From Priapulus caudatus (Eukaryota): a stretch of DNA of 64,000 nt. Under the pieces are notes generated by a model that saw only the letters and a list, made by a program, of their open reading frames with translations, had not been told where the DNA came from and made no database searches. The stretch covers positions 1,314,977 to 1,378,976 of the forward strand of contig NW_014577078.1 of NCBI RefSeq assembly GCF_000485595.1, read 5' to 3'. Positions within the stretch are counted from its first letter, which is position 1. Every line of letters starts with the position of its first letter. This document shows positions 51,301-63,960 of this stretch, in pieces. A program made the translations under genes and the position numbers.

Positions 51301-53510
51301 CCAGAGGCTTTTCCGCTACGCCCACGTACTATCAAGAGCGTATAAAAAAGAAGGGCGTACAACGGTGAAATGCTGAAACTATGTTGCAGTATTAGTCGAA
51401 TTAATAAACTTTTCCCGTTTTATTTTGACGATTCTTTGCAGTATTATTGATCAGCTGTCCTACCTTGTTAATATAAAATAACCCGCATGTCCCTACGATG
51501 CCTCTACGCTGAGATAATGAGCGGTGAAAATCTGGTATTTTCGCCGAAAACCGACTCGTGATCATTTTTACTGCGACTGTCTCTCGTTTTGTGAACTGTA
51601 TGTTGCTTCCGGTCGCCGCTGTGTAGCGCTGACTCGATACGTTATTACTACAGCGTTACTACATCCAGCGTAAGGGGCGGGTCATCACCATGGCGATAAA
51701 TAACAAGACGTTTTTGTGGAGTAATGGCTGCGTCAATGACTGGAAATGCGAGAAAAGATAGTAGAAGGAAAATAAATTGTATTGTCAATGAATGACGGAA
51801 ACACGCGAGGTTACCCGAAGCTATCGCCAGAACGAGAGGCAGTCGCAGCCACTAGGTATCTCGAGTCGGGTTTCGGCGAAAATACCAGATTTTCACCGCT
51901 CATTATCTCAGCGTAGAGGCATCGTAGGGACAAGCGGTTTGCTTTATATTAGCAAGGTAGGACAGCTGATCAATAATACCACAAAGAATCGTCAAAATAA
52001 AACGGGCAAAGTTTATTAATTCGACTAATACTTCAGCATGGTTCCTCAGCATGGCAGCACGCTCTCCTTCTTAATACGCTCTTGGTACTATATAGCACGC
52101 TAATCTTATCATCTCTCTTGTTCTCTCCGCACTTTGCGCGTCTGATGTGATGGAGCTAACCTGATTCCATTTTAACGCAATTCAAGAGGAAATCGATCGA
52201 AACTTACCAGAATTTTCTAGCTTTAAATGCGTTGCGTTGAAATAAAACAAAGGTTATCGGGTTAGGCGCGATGGAAATTTATTACGAATTCCGATTTGCT
52301 CGCCACGTAATTTGTACTTTATTCTAATCGACGGCGCCGTTTGTACGATTATTGTGGTGGCATTATCTCGCCCGTATCGACAGACAGGATGCGCACCCCC
52401 ATGATTAAAGCAATTATGTAACCGTTTATTCTGCAAATATGACCTGATTATTAAGCAAGGTCATCATCTAAGATATTTTATCCGATTGTTTGGCTCCACT
52501 AGTGAGCATAGAGTTGCGCCATATATCGGTGTAGCATACTCTCCTGATACTATCTTTATCGGTTGTCCGAATTACCGGTTACCGATTCACCGGTTACGGA
52601 ATTCGTATATCCTTATCTGATCGCTGCTTGCGATTAGATAAGGAATTTTCGCAATTGACCTTCGACGCGAGCGAACAGTGGCACATTCACATTCGGACAG
52701 TCTGCTATACTCACTTAGATGACTTAAATTGGAGCAGGCACGAAAGCGTTTCTTTTCTCGTTTGATTTTTTACGGGTTTAGAACAATATATACTTGTGTG
52801 TACGTGCATACGTGGGCGTGCGCACAGGCACTTGGAGCGTTTCAATAAAATATAATGCTAAATAAATACGAAATCTATTTACTACCAGTCTTAATGTTTC
52901 TATACTCTCTTTCACCTATTATTGCCGACAATTTCCTGTAAATACCGTCCAAATACTCATCTACAACAAACACTGGCTGCCGCCATTGCTGCCGCTGCAC
53001 ACTGACACATAAATATATATGTTTATATATTTATATAATATGTATTTATATTTATGTGTCAGTGTGCAGCGGCAGCAATGGCGGCAGCCAGTGTTTGTTG
53101 TAGATGAGCATTTGGACGGCATTTACAGGAAATTGTCGGCAATAATAGGTGAAAGAGAGTATAGAAACATTCAGACTTTGGTAGTAAAAATAGATTTCGT
53201 ATTTATTTAGCATTAAATTTTATTGAAGCGCTCCAAGTGCCTGTGGGCGTGCGCGTATCTGAGTAGCGGTTGTTTATGAACGAGTGTGTGCGTTTGTGTA
53301 TGTGCGTGTGTGTGTGTGTGTGTGTGGGTGTGTGTGTGTGTGGTTGGTGGTGTGCGTGCGTGCCGCTGCGTGTGCGTGTTGCGTGTTGCGTGTGCGTGTG
53401 CGTGTGCGTGTGTGTGTGTGCGTGTGTAGCTGTGTGTTGTGTGTGTGTGCTGGGGACAGCTGTGTGTGTGATCATTGTGTGTGCGTGCTGCATACGCGTG
53501 CGAGTATGTG

Positions 53511-53562
<52 letters not shown>

Positions 53563-54943
53563 CCGTACACGTGAATGTTCGTGCGAATGTGCGTGAGCGT
53601 TTGCGTTGGCGTGTGCTTCCGTTTTTACCGAATCTGCACCTGGCACAGGGAAACGACCGCAATTAAGTGCCATCAGTGTCGTGGGAAATGCTAGGTATGG
53701 TGGCATTGCGCAATGCATGTCACGACAAGACACTGGTGGTTACGGTCGGACGGTCGGACATCCGTATCCTCTCGTCGGCACGTGCGCTCGTGATCAGCTT
53801 ATTACGCCGTCGGCATGCTTACCATAACTCAACGCCTACCATAGCGCCCGACACCTCGCAACGCCTGACGCCCGCCATGTCCTAGCCCACCTACCATAAA
53901 CCACCTGGCGCTTAACATAACCCCATGTCTAGTAACCGTCGTACTTTTGCATGCTGATATAGATTCCCGCACTGATCTACCATTTTCGTAAAGAAAACTA
54001 CGAATTTTGACATTATTGTACTGTTCTACTGTCGGCGATTCCCACATGATCGCGTTACGGGCTGGCTAGTGATTAAATATACATACATCGACACATACAT
54101 ACTATCACATAATAATGCATATTATGTAAAACAACATATATGTTGCTAAAAATGTAGCAAAACACAATAGGTAGACGGACGGTGAATAGACGGTTAAGCC
54201 TATAGCGCACACACCCGAGCAAAACTGAAAATTTTGTTTTCCAGCGTTTCGCGTTCTGCTCGGCGAGCAAGCGCACACACGCCACCCGACACAGCACACA
54301 GCTGAGCAAAACATACAGAAACACTGCATACAGCGCCGCTGTCACATGACATCAAAAATAGCCATCCAATAGACATCCAATTTTGTGTGCCATGTGATAT
54401 TTTTAAGGATATTGATTGGAGACAGTCTGTGGCGTTTCACTGTGTAGCAGAACGATTGACGCACACACCCGAACAAAACGTACGCTCAGGCGAAAACACG
54501 CTCCGCGAATCAAACATTGCTTGTTCAGCGAAACACGCTCAGCTGAGCAATGTTTTTTGTTTCGGGAATCCGCACACAGCCACGAACATCGAGCGAAACA
54601 CGTTTTGCTCCACGTTCAGGTGTTTTGCTCGGGTGTGTGCGTTATGCTTTAGCAGGCGAGTCAGAAACACATTTTACAGTTTACATTTTTACACATATGT
54701 ATGGGGCGTGTAATAAATACCACAGACAGCGAGCGCGCGTGTAGGCGTTATTTTTGATAAAATGTCAGCTATGTGTCGTCGTTTAGTACGCGATTATTAT
54801 TGCGACCATAAAGCTTACGACCGTATCTATGAATCGTCTGGCAATTCCTATAAGATATAGCATATATTTTGTATACGTACGGCCCAACCAGCTGATCCTT
54901 TCATTATAATACAGCGGGTCATCCACGGTGGACAGTGGTGCAC
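44177..54943 (-). CDS. DUOXA: Dual oxidase maturation factor (DUOXA/NIP family), 3' five exons; N-terminal exons not resolved
   Basis: Exons 54943-54881 (GAPLSTVDDPLYYNERISWLG), 47949-47796 (YKAALVKGLPYPILTVAEYFSVDHEGFIWGRCYRSAGYY), 46320-46109 (TAFAIWLVGNVLF..LRYGAY..F.LGWCYWLVL), 45837-45612 (GILCICVG..IFEMD) and 44216-44177 (EEPAVVVNVGAL*). All GT-AG and phases match. Confidence 0.92.
45265..45545. repeat. Compound trinucleotide microsatellite (GAA/GAT/AAT/GAC) in a DUOXA intron
   Basis: Direct inspection. Confidence 0.9.
46603..46684. repeat. CTATAGCCCTTCG hairpin family member
   Basis: CTATAGCCCTTCGCTCTGCCACA / TGTGGCGGAGCGAAGGGCTATAG. Shorter relatives at ~37448-37484 and ~38143-38184. 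Confidence 0.7.
47014..47116. mobile_element. One end of a hAT-like MITE truncated by an N-gap
   Basis: CAGGGGCGGCGCCACGGTTTTCAAAGTGGGGGGG resembles the termini at 31 and 37487. No partner TIR is visible. Confidence 0.5.
50129..50670. mobile_element. Non-autonomous element with subterminal inverted repeat and terminal stem-loop (Helentron/HINE- or Crypton-like)
   Basis: Left ACTAGAGCACTCGGAGAGCACAGACCTCCGCCAAGG. Right ACCTCCGCCACGCCCCTGGCGGAGGTAA hairpin. A possibly related fragment lies at ~62825-62970. Confidence 0.55.
50415..50631. mobile_element. MITE carrying telomere-type (CCCTAA)n repeats
   Basis: ~45-bp TIR CGCACCCGGCAGTTAGATGCGATATTGTATGACTACTAGGCACTT. Direct repeat GTAAAAA (50408-50414, 50632-50638). 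CCCTAA/CCTAA array at 50495-50553. Confidence 0.8.
51333..52084. mobile_element. P-like foldback MITE with ~250-bp arms
   Basis: Termini CAAGAGCGTA / TACGCTCTTG. 7-bp TSD GTACTAT (51326-51332, 52085-52091). Confidence 0.85.
52823..53245. mobile_element. 423-bp palindromic CA..TG element with 8-bp TSD
   Basis: CACAGGCACTTGGAGCG / CGCTCCAAGTGCCTGTG, with near-perfect ~195-bp arms. TSD GGCGTGCG (52815-52822, 53246-53253). Confidence 0.85.
54120..54700. repeat. Degenerate inverted-repeat element
   Basis: GCGCACACACCCGAGCAAAAC (~54204) versus GTTTTGCTCGGGTGTGTGCG (~54622). The outer arms are decayed. Confidence 0.5.
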
Positions 54944-56335
54944 CTGTAACGTAAAGAAATTCCACTTATTTACACATTTTCTATTTCTACGCTAACGATA
55001 TAACGACGGTGGTAAACCACTGAGAATACAGAGAGTACTTGTTACTTGCTCAATACATGATGCATATATTCGGGGCGTTGTTCTGACAGTGCTAACGCCC
55101 AAACACGCTGTACATAATGGCATTTACACACGCCAAACCAAACTACTAATTATTATACTTTATTTTAAGTATTATAGCTGTTTTTTCCGTCTCAAATTCT
55201 CAATAACGCACATAGGGTCCATTGTGAGTACCGGCCGCGTGCCATAACAAAATAAGGATTTCAGGAAAGTAAAAAAAGAAAATGTTTTACTGTTCTATTA
55301 CCACACCCAGTCGACCACTCAAGATTGTCACGCGCGCACGCACGCGCGCACGCACACACGCATATATATACACACAAAACGCTTCATAATTTTGCACATC
55401 ATGATAAATTATTTTAAGTGTGTAAATCAGACTCAATTATATTTGCAAAAAGATGCGATATAAAGACTTAATTGTCAGAATTCCTATTTGCCATGAATGA
55501 TTTGATCAGTGTAGGAAATTCCTTAGTTTGCAGTTTCATTTCAAATAAAATGCAGGACAGATAAATTATTTTTCATTTTGATAAAAAGTCAAATCAGTCG
55601 CGATTTGTAACATCAAAAAACATTCCTACCAGGTGTGCTTTCAGGAATTTACGTTATAATGAGAGCACTAACAGCAAAGCCCTTCACTTCTGCTCTTAGT
55701 TGGCACTTGACCTACTGATTGAACCGATAAGCGCAAATTTTTCTTGCACGGCGCTGTTGCAAGACAGCAATGTCTAAGTTCGTGAGTTCGTGACCACATG
55801 CTTACGCTGTCACACCAGTTCTAAGCTTTCTATCAGACTAACTATCAGGAGTTGTCACCCTGACACCAACGCAGTGGTATCAGCGCCGCGTGGACGAACG
55901 CACACAATGCCGGCCGCGCGTGGGAAATATGTTTGCCGACATTTTTACGAGGACGTCAATCAATACATCTATACTAGCTGACCAGCGACTAAATACCACA
56001 GTTTGTATTGTTAGCTTCTGTTGTTCGCAGTTCGTGCGTGTCGTTCCTTTCGTGAAGATTTTGTATCAGTGTTGTTGTCGTATTTGTTCTTGATGATAAT
56101 GATGATGATACTGTTGCTTATAATGATGATTTTTACTGTTGCTTATGTTGCTGTTGTTGCTGTTATTTACCATCGGTACCGTCTATATAACGTATAATGT
56201 TTACATGCATCGTTGCAATGACGTCTATATGCTCCATAACCTCAACGAACACGGACAACATGACTTGCAACACTGACGACATGACATGGCGCAAACTCCA
56301 CGACAGATGGCGCTCTCGCTCATTGGCTCAATCTA

Positions 56336-57348
56336 CCACTGCCACAAGTAGATTTTCGGTTACAATTTGTAACGCTTTTTTACCACAAGTTTTACAGCGG
56401 CCAGGTTACTCGTATCCTATGTAATAAGATTTGTACTAATAAAAGTTGCAAAAGATATTAAAAATCCGACCATTATTTTATGAGAAATTTGATAAAATAG
56501 TGATACGAAATAGTGCGCCTATTTACTACTTAAAAATCATTACGCTGTTTACTAAACTAAAGGCGCGTTCACGCGGACGTTTTTGGCCCGAGCCTAATTA
56601 GGCCCGTGCCAGATTTGGCTCGAGCCGAGCGTTCACACGGACGTTTTTGGCCCGAGCCTAATTAGGCCCGAGCCAGATTTGGCCCCATCGAAAACGTCGG
56701 ACCAGGCCCGAGCCAAATTTTAGCACCAGCTTTCGGCGAGCGGTAGAGAGGTAGAATCGGTTGAGCGGTAGATGCCGCGTGTGTCAAACGTGTACTTCGA
56801 CGAAATCCAAAACAGTATAAAAATTCGAAAAATTTGACCAGGATGCACGTTTTCAAGAATGATAATGAAACTCGGAACGTAAGTAAACACTCTAAATAGT
56901 AAACAACGCCATCTCGCGACATACTGCCAAAGTATCTGTGAGATATTCGTGCAATAATATTTATTTTACTTTGAATTTGAATTTGACAGACAGTATTCAC
57001 TTGCGTACGTGTGAACGCGCCGACTCAAACCGGCCCGAGCCAAATCTAGCCCATTTGGCTCGAGGCAAATCATGACCGTGTGAACGCGACTTAAGTTCAC
57101 GTGTTTATTTAATATTTATCATGAATTTTTCGGATGCTTGCCAATATACCTAATTCTCAAACATTGTCTTCGATGTGTTTTTGCGTATTCAGCTTAAAAC
57201 ATCTAAATTTGTCCACCAACAAACATGCAAATCATAGAAATTTCTAATGTTTTGTTTGGCGGCGACTTCGCGGCCGTTGGATTGCCATTTGCTGGATTTC
57301 CCCAGAGCTCCGCCCATTTGAAAAATAGTGCTAGCATTGTGGCAGTGG
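56336..57348. mobile_element. ~1-kb TA-flanked DNA element
   Basis: TIR CCACTGCCACAA / TTGTGGCAGTGG with TA on both sides. It interrupts the second copy of the 34879-34964 module, which fixes the insertion point. Confidence 0.75.
56561..57091. mobile_element. PIF/Harbinger-like MITE nested in the TA-flanked element
   Basis: TIR AGGCGCGTTCAC / GTGAACGCGACT. 3-bp TAA on both sides. Repeated GGCCCGAGCC subterminal motifs. Confidence 0.75.
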
Positions 57349-60300
57349 TATCCTGAGTGTGCGAAGGGGGCGCTGCATGCAGTTTGGACATGGCGTATTC
57401 TCTGTTCCTCCTAGAATGCACCGCGCGATGCAAGGTATCACATTTTCGCAATAAATCATTGTGATCCGTATAATATAAACCGTGGCGCCGTCTCTATAAA
57501 TCAGGTGTTGTACTAAATTAAATGCATTCAATCCAATTCTTCTTCTCCTTTATATCCCGCAGTATAATGCTAGCTATAACACATTTTCTTTGAATCATGC
57601 AGTACAATGGATAGTCATCGTCAACACGGAATTATGCTATTGCACTATTTCCATGAGAACGTAATGCTATTTTTGTATGTTACGGCGGGTTTGTTATGCA
57701 GTATTGTTGTTCGGGTGCCGCCACGTTTCCCGTAGTGCAAAATATAACACAATCGCTATATGCCACACGTTTAAACGAGGCTACCGCGTTTTTCTATATA
57801 ATAGAATACATAGTACATAGCACAATATATAGTGCAATGCAAGATGTCACTCTTCGCCAGATACTATTTTCCACAAAAAAAGCCCAATTCAGGCCATCAC
57901 GCCTACTCTATCGATTTTGCACTGAAATGCAGGTAAGCAACCTGATGCCCATTCTGCAAACACGAAATGTTCATAAATAGTTGACTTCACGTTCAGTAGA
58001 AATTTCCTATTTAAAATGTGAAATGGAAGTAAATTAATTGTCTAACAGTTAAACTACGAAGCGGGATCCGTGAGAGCAACAGCTTAAACAGAATCTGCCC
58101 GCGCTGGCATACTGACCCAGTCCGCCATTGTGTATGATAAATCGTGGCGTTGTCGATTCGCGGAACGCACCGGAGATCACAGATGAGAAAGTGAAAGTAC
58201 AAAATCGCGCGTGTAATTCTACGCCAAATGCCTTAGTGATAATTTAAAAATGAACTTTCTCCTCCTCCTTCGGCGTGTGCGTGTGCTTGTGCGTGTACGT
58301 TACTGTGCGCATGCGTGCGTCTTTTGGCGCTGACTAGAATAGCAAGTGTTACGTCTTCGTCACAATGAAGGGTATATATAATTATTGGCCAAGGTTACCA
58401 ACATTGTTCGTTTGGGTGCAATCAACCGCGTAGACCGTTTCGTTATGCATTCTCATAATGCAATTACGCACTTTCACTACCACGCGGTACGTGTCCGAAG
58501 ATGACAGTAGGGGGGCGAATCGCCATACATCCGTGCCATATTAAGAATACAACCCAAGTGCTATTTGGGCAATTGCTCAAGGACAGGTCGTTTTGTCTCT
58601 TGGTATCAGAACAAGGCAGTGCGTAGGCCCCTACTATAGGGCTTAACAACGAAACTGTGTCAATTGAAAGCAACAGTGACAGAGGGGAATCGCGCACGAA
58701 CAGTTTAGGTAAAGACAGAGTTTACATATAATTATGTGCTCTATAGTTAATAATGAATAGCTAGCTATATACAACCGCAAACGACACTTCGCATCATTAT
58801 GGTTTAGTCTGGCTCCCACGGTCCTTGCATTCACGAGAGACTTATGTTTGTGGGTAAGGAAACCCATCTATAAACAAACTTGTCGGCACTTGGACGGCAT
58901 CGCGATGGTCAAACAGAAATAATCAATGATATCGTCTCGCTCTATGTATATCAAACAACGTGATTAAAATAAATAAAGCTACTGTTATGTGGGCAGCCAT
59001 CAACGCCGTACCCTATACACACCTACGAGTGCACGGCGCTTACAGAAGGTTGCATCACACCCGACCGATTCCGTATCTCCATCACACGAATGAAAAAATA
59101 AGTGGATTCGTCCTAGACGAGAATATATCCTGAATGATGGATGTATCCTATGCAGGAGATATAGCCAACAAACGCACTTAAAAACATTCCTAGTGATTAA
59201 TGTGCCTGGTGGATCATACTTTTTATTGATACGTATAGCTTCCATTATGCATTTCAGTTTTTGTCCCGTATCAACGCATAAGTCCATTGGAGAGTGCCTT
59301 GAGACAATTTAATATACTGAAGTTTATATCAGGAATGAAAATAAAAATAAAAATTGTTTATTCACTCCTGCTAATATATATATATCTATATATCACTGTT
59401 GACTTATTTATCTATACTAGCTGAAACCCGCGCTACACGCGGGCTTAGTGACTGTGATGCATGTGTTACCAGTAGGCTACAGTAGTGTTATGTGTAAGGT
59501 GTGATATGGAGAGTTTAGTTGTTGCACATGTTTTTTTTTATGGTTGAGATGTCAATACAAATACATGTAGAATCATGCTTACACGTAACACATTAACAAC
59601 CATTGGTTGGCAAAGTACACAGTGCAATACAGACACACCACGCACGCACGCAACGCACACACACCAAATGTGTTATTGCTATGTATGTAGGAAACTACTG
59701 GGTGATGATACGAACTCAAAAGTTGAATATAGTTAGTCGATATGGGCTTGTAGGTCGGGGCGACTGTATTAACACTTGGCTAGACTTGACGTAGCACGTA
59801 ATTATTACGTGCTGCGCATGTTTCCACTGTGTGCGGACGGCGACCAGGTAATATTGCCGTGGTTGTGATCGCTTATTTTACGCATGTTTACTCTTGTGTT
59901 GAACGACGTAATATTACGTTGCCTTGTGATCGCCGCGCGCTTGTGACAGATCGCGTGTTCACCAACCCCTACAGCATTGCCGACTTCCAAAAAAATCATC
60001 TGCTCTGATGAAATTTATATGTGTGTAATCTAATATGGAAAACTATGGCCAAATTAGCTACTGAATAGGTTGAAGCGTGCGATGTGATACATGGGGTCTA
60101 TTTCTACTTACATTAGGGGCTTTACACAAATCTCAGACCGACAGACACAGAAGTGTAGAACGCAGCATACACAGAACAACACCGAAATTGAACCCCCTGG
60201 TACTCGACAACAGAAACGAACCAAAACAGCGCCCCCTATTTCAGAGCAATACTTTACCTTTTTTGTTGTTGTCTTTTTTTAAGACCGAACAAAAACGGGT

Positions 60301-61089
60301 TTCAACGAGTATAGTTAGACCCGTCCCGTGTATATCATCTATCTTTCTGTGACTTTGGCGCTATTTGGATCCATAACTGACGGAGGCTTGATTAACATAC
60401 AACATTCAGCCGAATTATAGTAAGATATGCATTCCAGTATTTACTCTACACGGGGCATCCCTTTACTCTAAGGTTCTAGGGTTATTTCAGTTAATTAGGG
60501 TTAAAAGATGCGCTACATAAGGTCATGGTTCATCGACCATTAGATTTTGTTTTTTAAGTTTTAAAAACCAACGACTACAGATTCTTACAGGCGACCGGTA
60601 GCGCACACTCAAAGCGCACGATCTGAAAATGTTCGCGCAAACGACTTTTTAGCAAGGGCACAGACGAGGGGTGTTCGTTATTTATTAATTTAAAAGCTAA
60701 AAGGATTGATAATATCGTATAACGACATTATAGTTTCAGGTAATATGATGAGATAAATTTGTCTAAATGAACATCGTTTGCGTTAATAGCATTTAGGTTA
60801 TATATTGCACCTTTGCTGATTAAGCCCTCGGTCTGCTAACGTCAAAATATATTGGGGAAAATGCCTTCAACTGTCGGGTGGTGCACGCACGGCTGTCAAT
60901 GGCGCCGTTTCAATATTATCTAGGTAACAAGTACGTGTGGTATAGACGATTTGTTATACAGTAGGTACAGTGGTAATGCAGTAAAATATTAGAGCTCTAG
61001 GTATTCTTTAATCATATTTGCAACCTGTTTCAAAACCCATCTATCCATCGAGACTTGCCCTCTAAGAAATGCAGCGAACTGTTATCATC

Positions 61090-62270
61090 GCCCTCACCCT
61101 CACCCGCCCGCGTCACCATCACCCGCCGCGTCACCCATCACCCGCCGCGTCACCGCTCACCCGCCGCGTCACCCTCACCGCGCCGTCGACCACAGCCGTC
61201 CGGTCACCTTCACCGCGCCGCGCGTCGACCTTCACCGGCGTGCACCCTCACCCGCCGCGTCACCTTCACCGCCGCGGCACCCTCACCCGCCGCGTCACCC
61301 TCACCCGCGCGTTCACCCTCACCCGCACCGTCACCTCCGCCGCGTCACTCACCCGCCGCGGTCACCTCAGCCGCGCGTGCACTCACCGCGCCGCGTACAC
61401 CCTCAGCCGTCGCCGCGTCACCCTACCACCCGGCGTCCCCTCACCCGCCGCTGTCAGCCTCACCGCGCCGTCACCTCACCCGCCGCAGTCACCCTCACCC
61501 GCCGCGTCACCTCCCGCGCGTCACCTTCACCCGCCGGTACCCCCCCCCGCGCGTCACCTCACCCGCCGCGTCACCCTACCCGCCGCGATCACCCCTCATT
61601 CCGCCGCGTGTCAATTACCCGTCACCGCCGTGTCACCTGCACCCGCCCGTGTCACCCTCACCCGGCCGCGTCACACCTCACCCGCCGCGTCACCCTCACC
61701 CGCGCGGTCACCCTCACCCCGGCGTTCACCCTCACCCGTCGCCGTCCACCCGCAGTCGCCGCGGGCGTCATTTACCTATCCACCGCTGTCACCCCTCACC
61801 GCCGTGGTCACCTTCACCGCCGGCGTCACCCACACCGCGACGCGTTCACTTACCCTCACCCGACCGCGTCACCCTCACACCGCCGGCCGTCACCCCTCAC
61901 CACCGTGCTCACCCTTCCACCTCGCACCGACGTCACTACTCACCCGCCGCGTCCCCTCACCGCCGCGTCACCACTCACCCGACGCGTCACCCTCACCGGC
62001 TGCGTCACCCTCACCCGCCGCGCGTCGATTACCCTCACCCGCCGCGTCACCCTACCCGCGCGTTCACTTTCACCCGCCGCGTCACCCCTCACCCGCCGCC
62101 TATCACCTTCACCCGCGCGCGTCATTACCCTCACCGCGCCGCGTCACAGACCCGCCGCCGTTCACCCTCACCCGACCGCGCGTCATTATCCCTCACCCGC
62201 CGCGTAACTTTCACAGCCCGCGTCACTTCACCCGCCGCGTTCACCTCACCGACGCGCGTCATCGCCCTGC
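61090..62270. repeat. 18-bp GC-rich minisatellite (~1.2 kb), noisy
   Basis: Unit TCACCCGCCGCGTCACCC with frequent indels. The stop-free composition explains the 409-aa ORFs. Confidence 0.9.
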
Positions 62271-63289
62271 ACCGCTGGCAGTAATCAAGAATGCTTAACG
62301 GCGGCGTAAACGTCGCCGCGGACAGTGGCTTATTGGTTACAAGTCCCGCCTTGCCCGAGCAGCGAGAATTTCTTTGCTGCTAATTATCTGAGACCTGGAT
62401 CTGTATCCTTTGAGCCGCGTCATTATCTTCGAGCCTCGTCCTCACCGCAGAATTGCTGTCAAGGTCGTTCTGGTGTGTCTTAATGAGCACTCTAACGGTG
62501 CCACCATTACGCCTGTTTCAATGTGCTGTTTAGACACTTCTACCAATGCGCCTAGTTCCGAAGGCAGACCACATCGCATGCTGCTATGCTTCTCGGGAAA
62601 CTCGTCAAGCGAATATTTGGGGAATTGATTGCTAGCCGCGGTTTCAGCTAATTTTTCGTTGCTCCTCCTATAGATCTGATTTTCACGTGTTGTTTGCTGA
62701 TGTCGATTGCAGCGCATTCACGCAGGACATCGGAGACACCATCGTGATTGCAATTTCTATTACATCTACTATGACACACACTATTACATGCACGGTTACA
62801 TAAATAAACACTTATTCATAAATTTTCATGTTTTCGCCCTGTTAGTTTGTTGGTTGGTTGCCTGTCAACAGGATATCCAAAAAGTTAGTGACGGCTTTGA
62901 TGAAAGTTTTCGGCTGCGGGTTGAGTCCTTGGCCAAGCAACCAATTGATTTCGAATCCGGATCTATTCTATCTATTAAATAATGTAACATAATGCATTAT
63001 AGATTAACACAATGTAGCACGCGCATTGTACAGTAATGCGAGTACAGTCTGCAGAATAGTAGAGGATTCTGCGCCTAAAATATGTATGCACATAATTTAG
63101 GATGAGGATATCTCAATTGGTTATAGGCTAATATGACCCAAGCGAACAACTTGGCAATGTGTGCCAAAAATCTTTATCCGGGGCGAACAGCCCGGAAAAT
63201 GACACGGCCTTTTTCTCAGAAGTCTACTACGACATAGCGTATTTCTAAACGTTGGAGGCTTACAGATTTTCTGAGGTGCTCCAAAATGT

Positions 63290-63960
63290 TCAGAATGGCA
63301 GTTACATGCCTATTAGAAGAATGTTGAATTGAATATTTCAGGAGGAAAATGAGCTAAAACCATTAGGTCAACTTCCATTACCATGCAAAACAACTAACTA
63401 CGCTACTTACTGGAATTGCCATATATTATAACAGTGGATATATCCTCTCCTAAATTATGTGCATATACCTTACTAAGAAGTTCCCACTCCTTACGACTGC
63501 TACATGCGAACGGTGGATTTGTCGTGAAACACCACCAGGAACGTAGATGCGGAGTGCACGTCCCTTTCCTACAACCGCCCTTCCAAAGTAAATGGCAGGC
63601 GGAATAATTTGGAGCGCGTCATCAGGGAGAAGGAAGCAGTTGCTCCTTGGGCACATCAGTCAAGCATAAAAAAGACAGTACGTTGACCTCCTGAAGGATG
63701 AAGAGAATGATTATCGAAGGAGAACTCTCACTTCACCACGAGTTCAACCGAGATAATGTTAACTAGGATAAGTTGGGATGGTGCAAGACATAGAAGAGTA
63801 TCTCCTGAAGGTATGCGAGCCTCTCAGCAAGACCAGGTAGCGCTGAGAATGTTCTCACTGGAGAAATTGTGACCGACGTAAACCTAGACAAGTTGTTGTG
63901 CTGATATCGAAGGAGGCAGTGCTGCATGTGCTAATTTATCGATGATACGACTCAGAAATT
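63290..63960 (+). pseudogene. Decayed DNA-transposase fragment, Academ-like
   Basis: Frameshifted motifs in order: EWQLH, LPYIITVD, GGFVVK, YNRPSK, AGGII, KEAVAPW, ELSLHHEF, ENVLTGEIV, DKLLC. This matches the recalled W.LH...LP.F...G.FVV...GGIIG...A...W pattern. Confidence 0.5.

Noticed and set aside
52208..52430. Candidate DUOXA exon (acceptor, GTAAGT donor, vague ERI/NIT-like words)
   Set aside because: Needs several frameshifts and is out of order; the clean YYNERISW exon is at 54881-54943.
27952..53733. Numerous CV/HT/RA-repeat ORFs
   Set aside because: Translations of (CA)n and (CGCA)n microsatellites.
61055..62298. Two 409-aa ORFs (SPAASP/HPHPPR repeats)
   Set aside because: Products of an 18-bp minisatellite that is open in all three + frames, with indels swapping frames.
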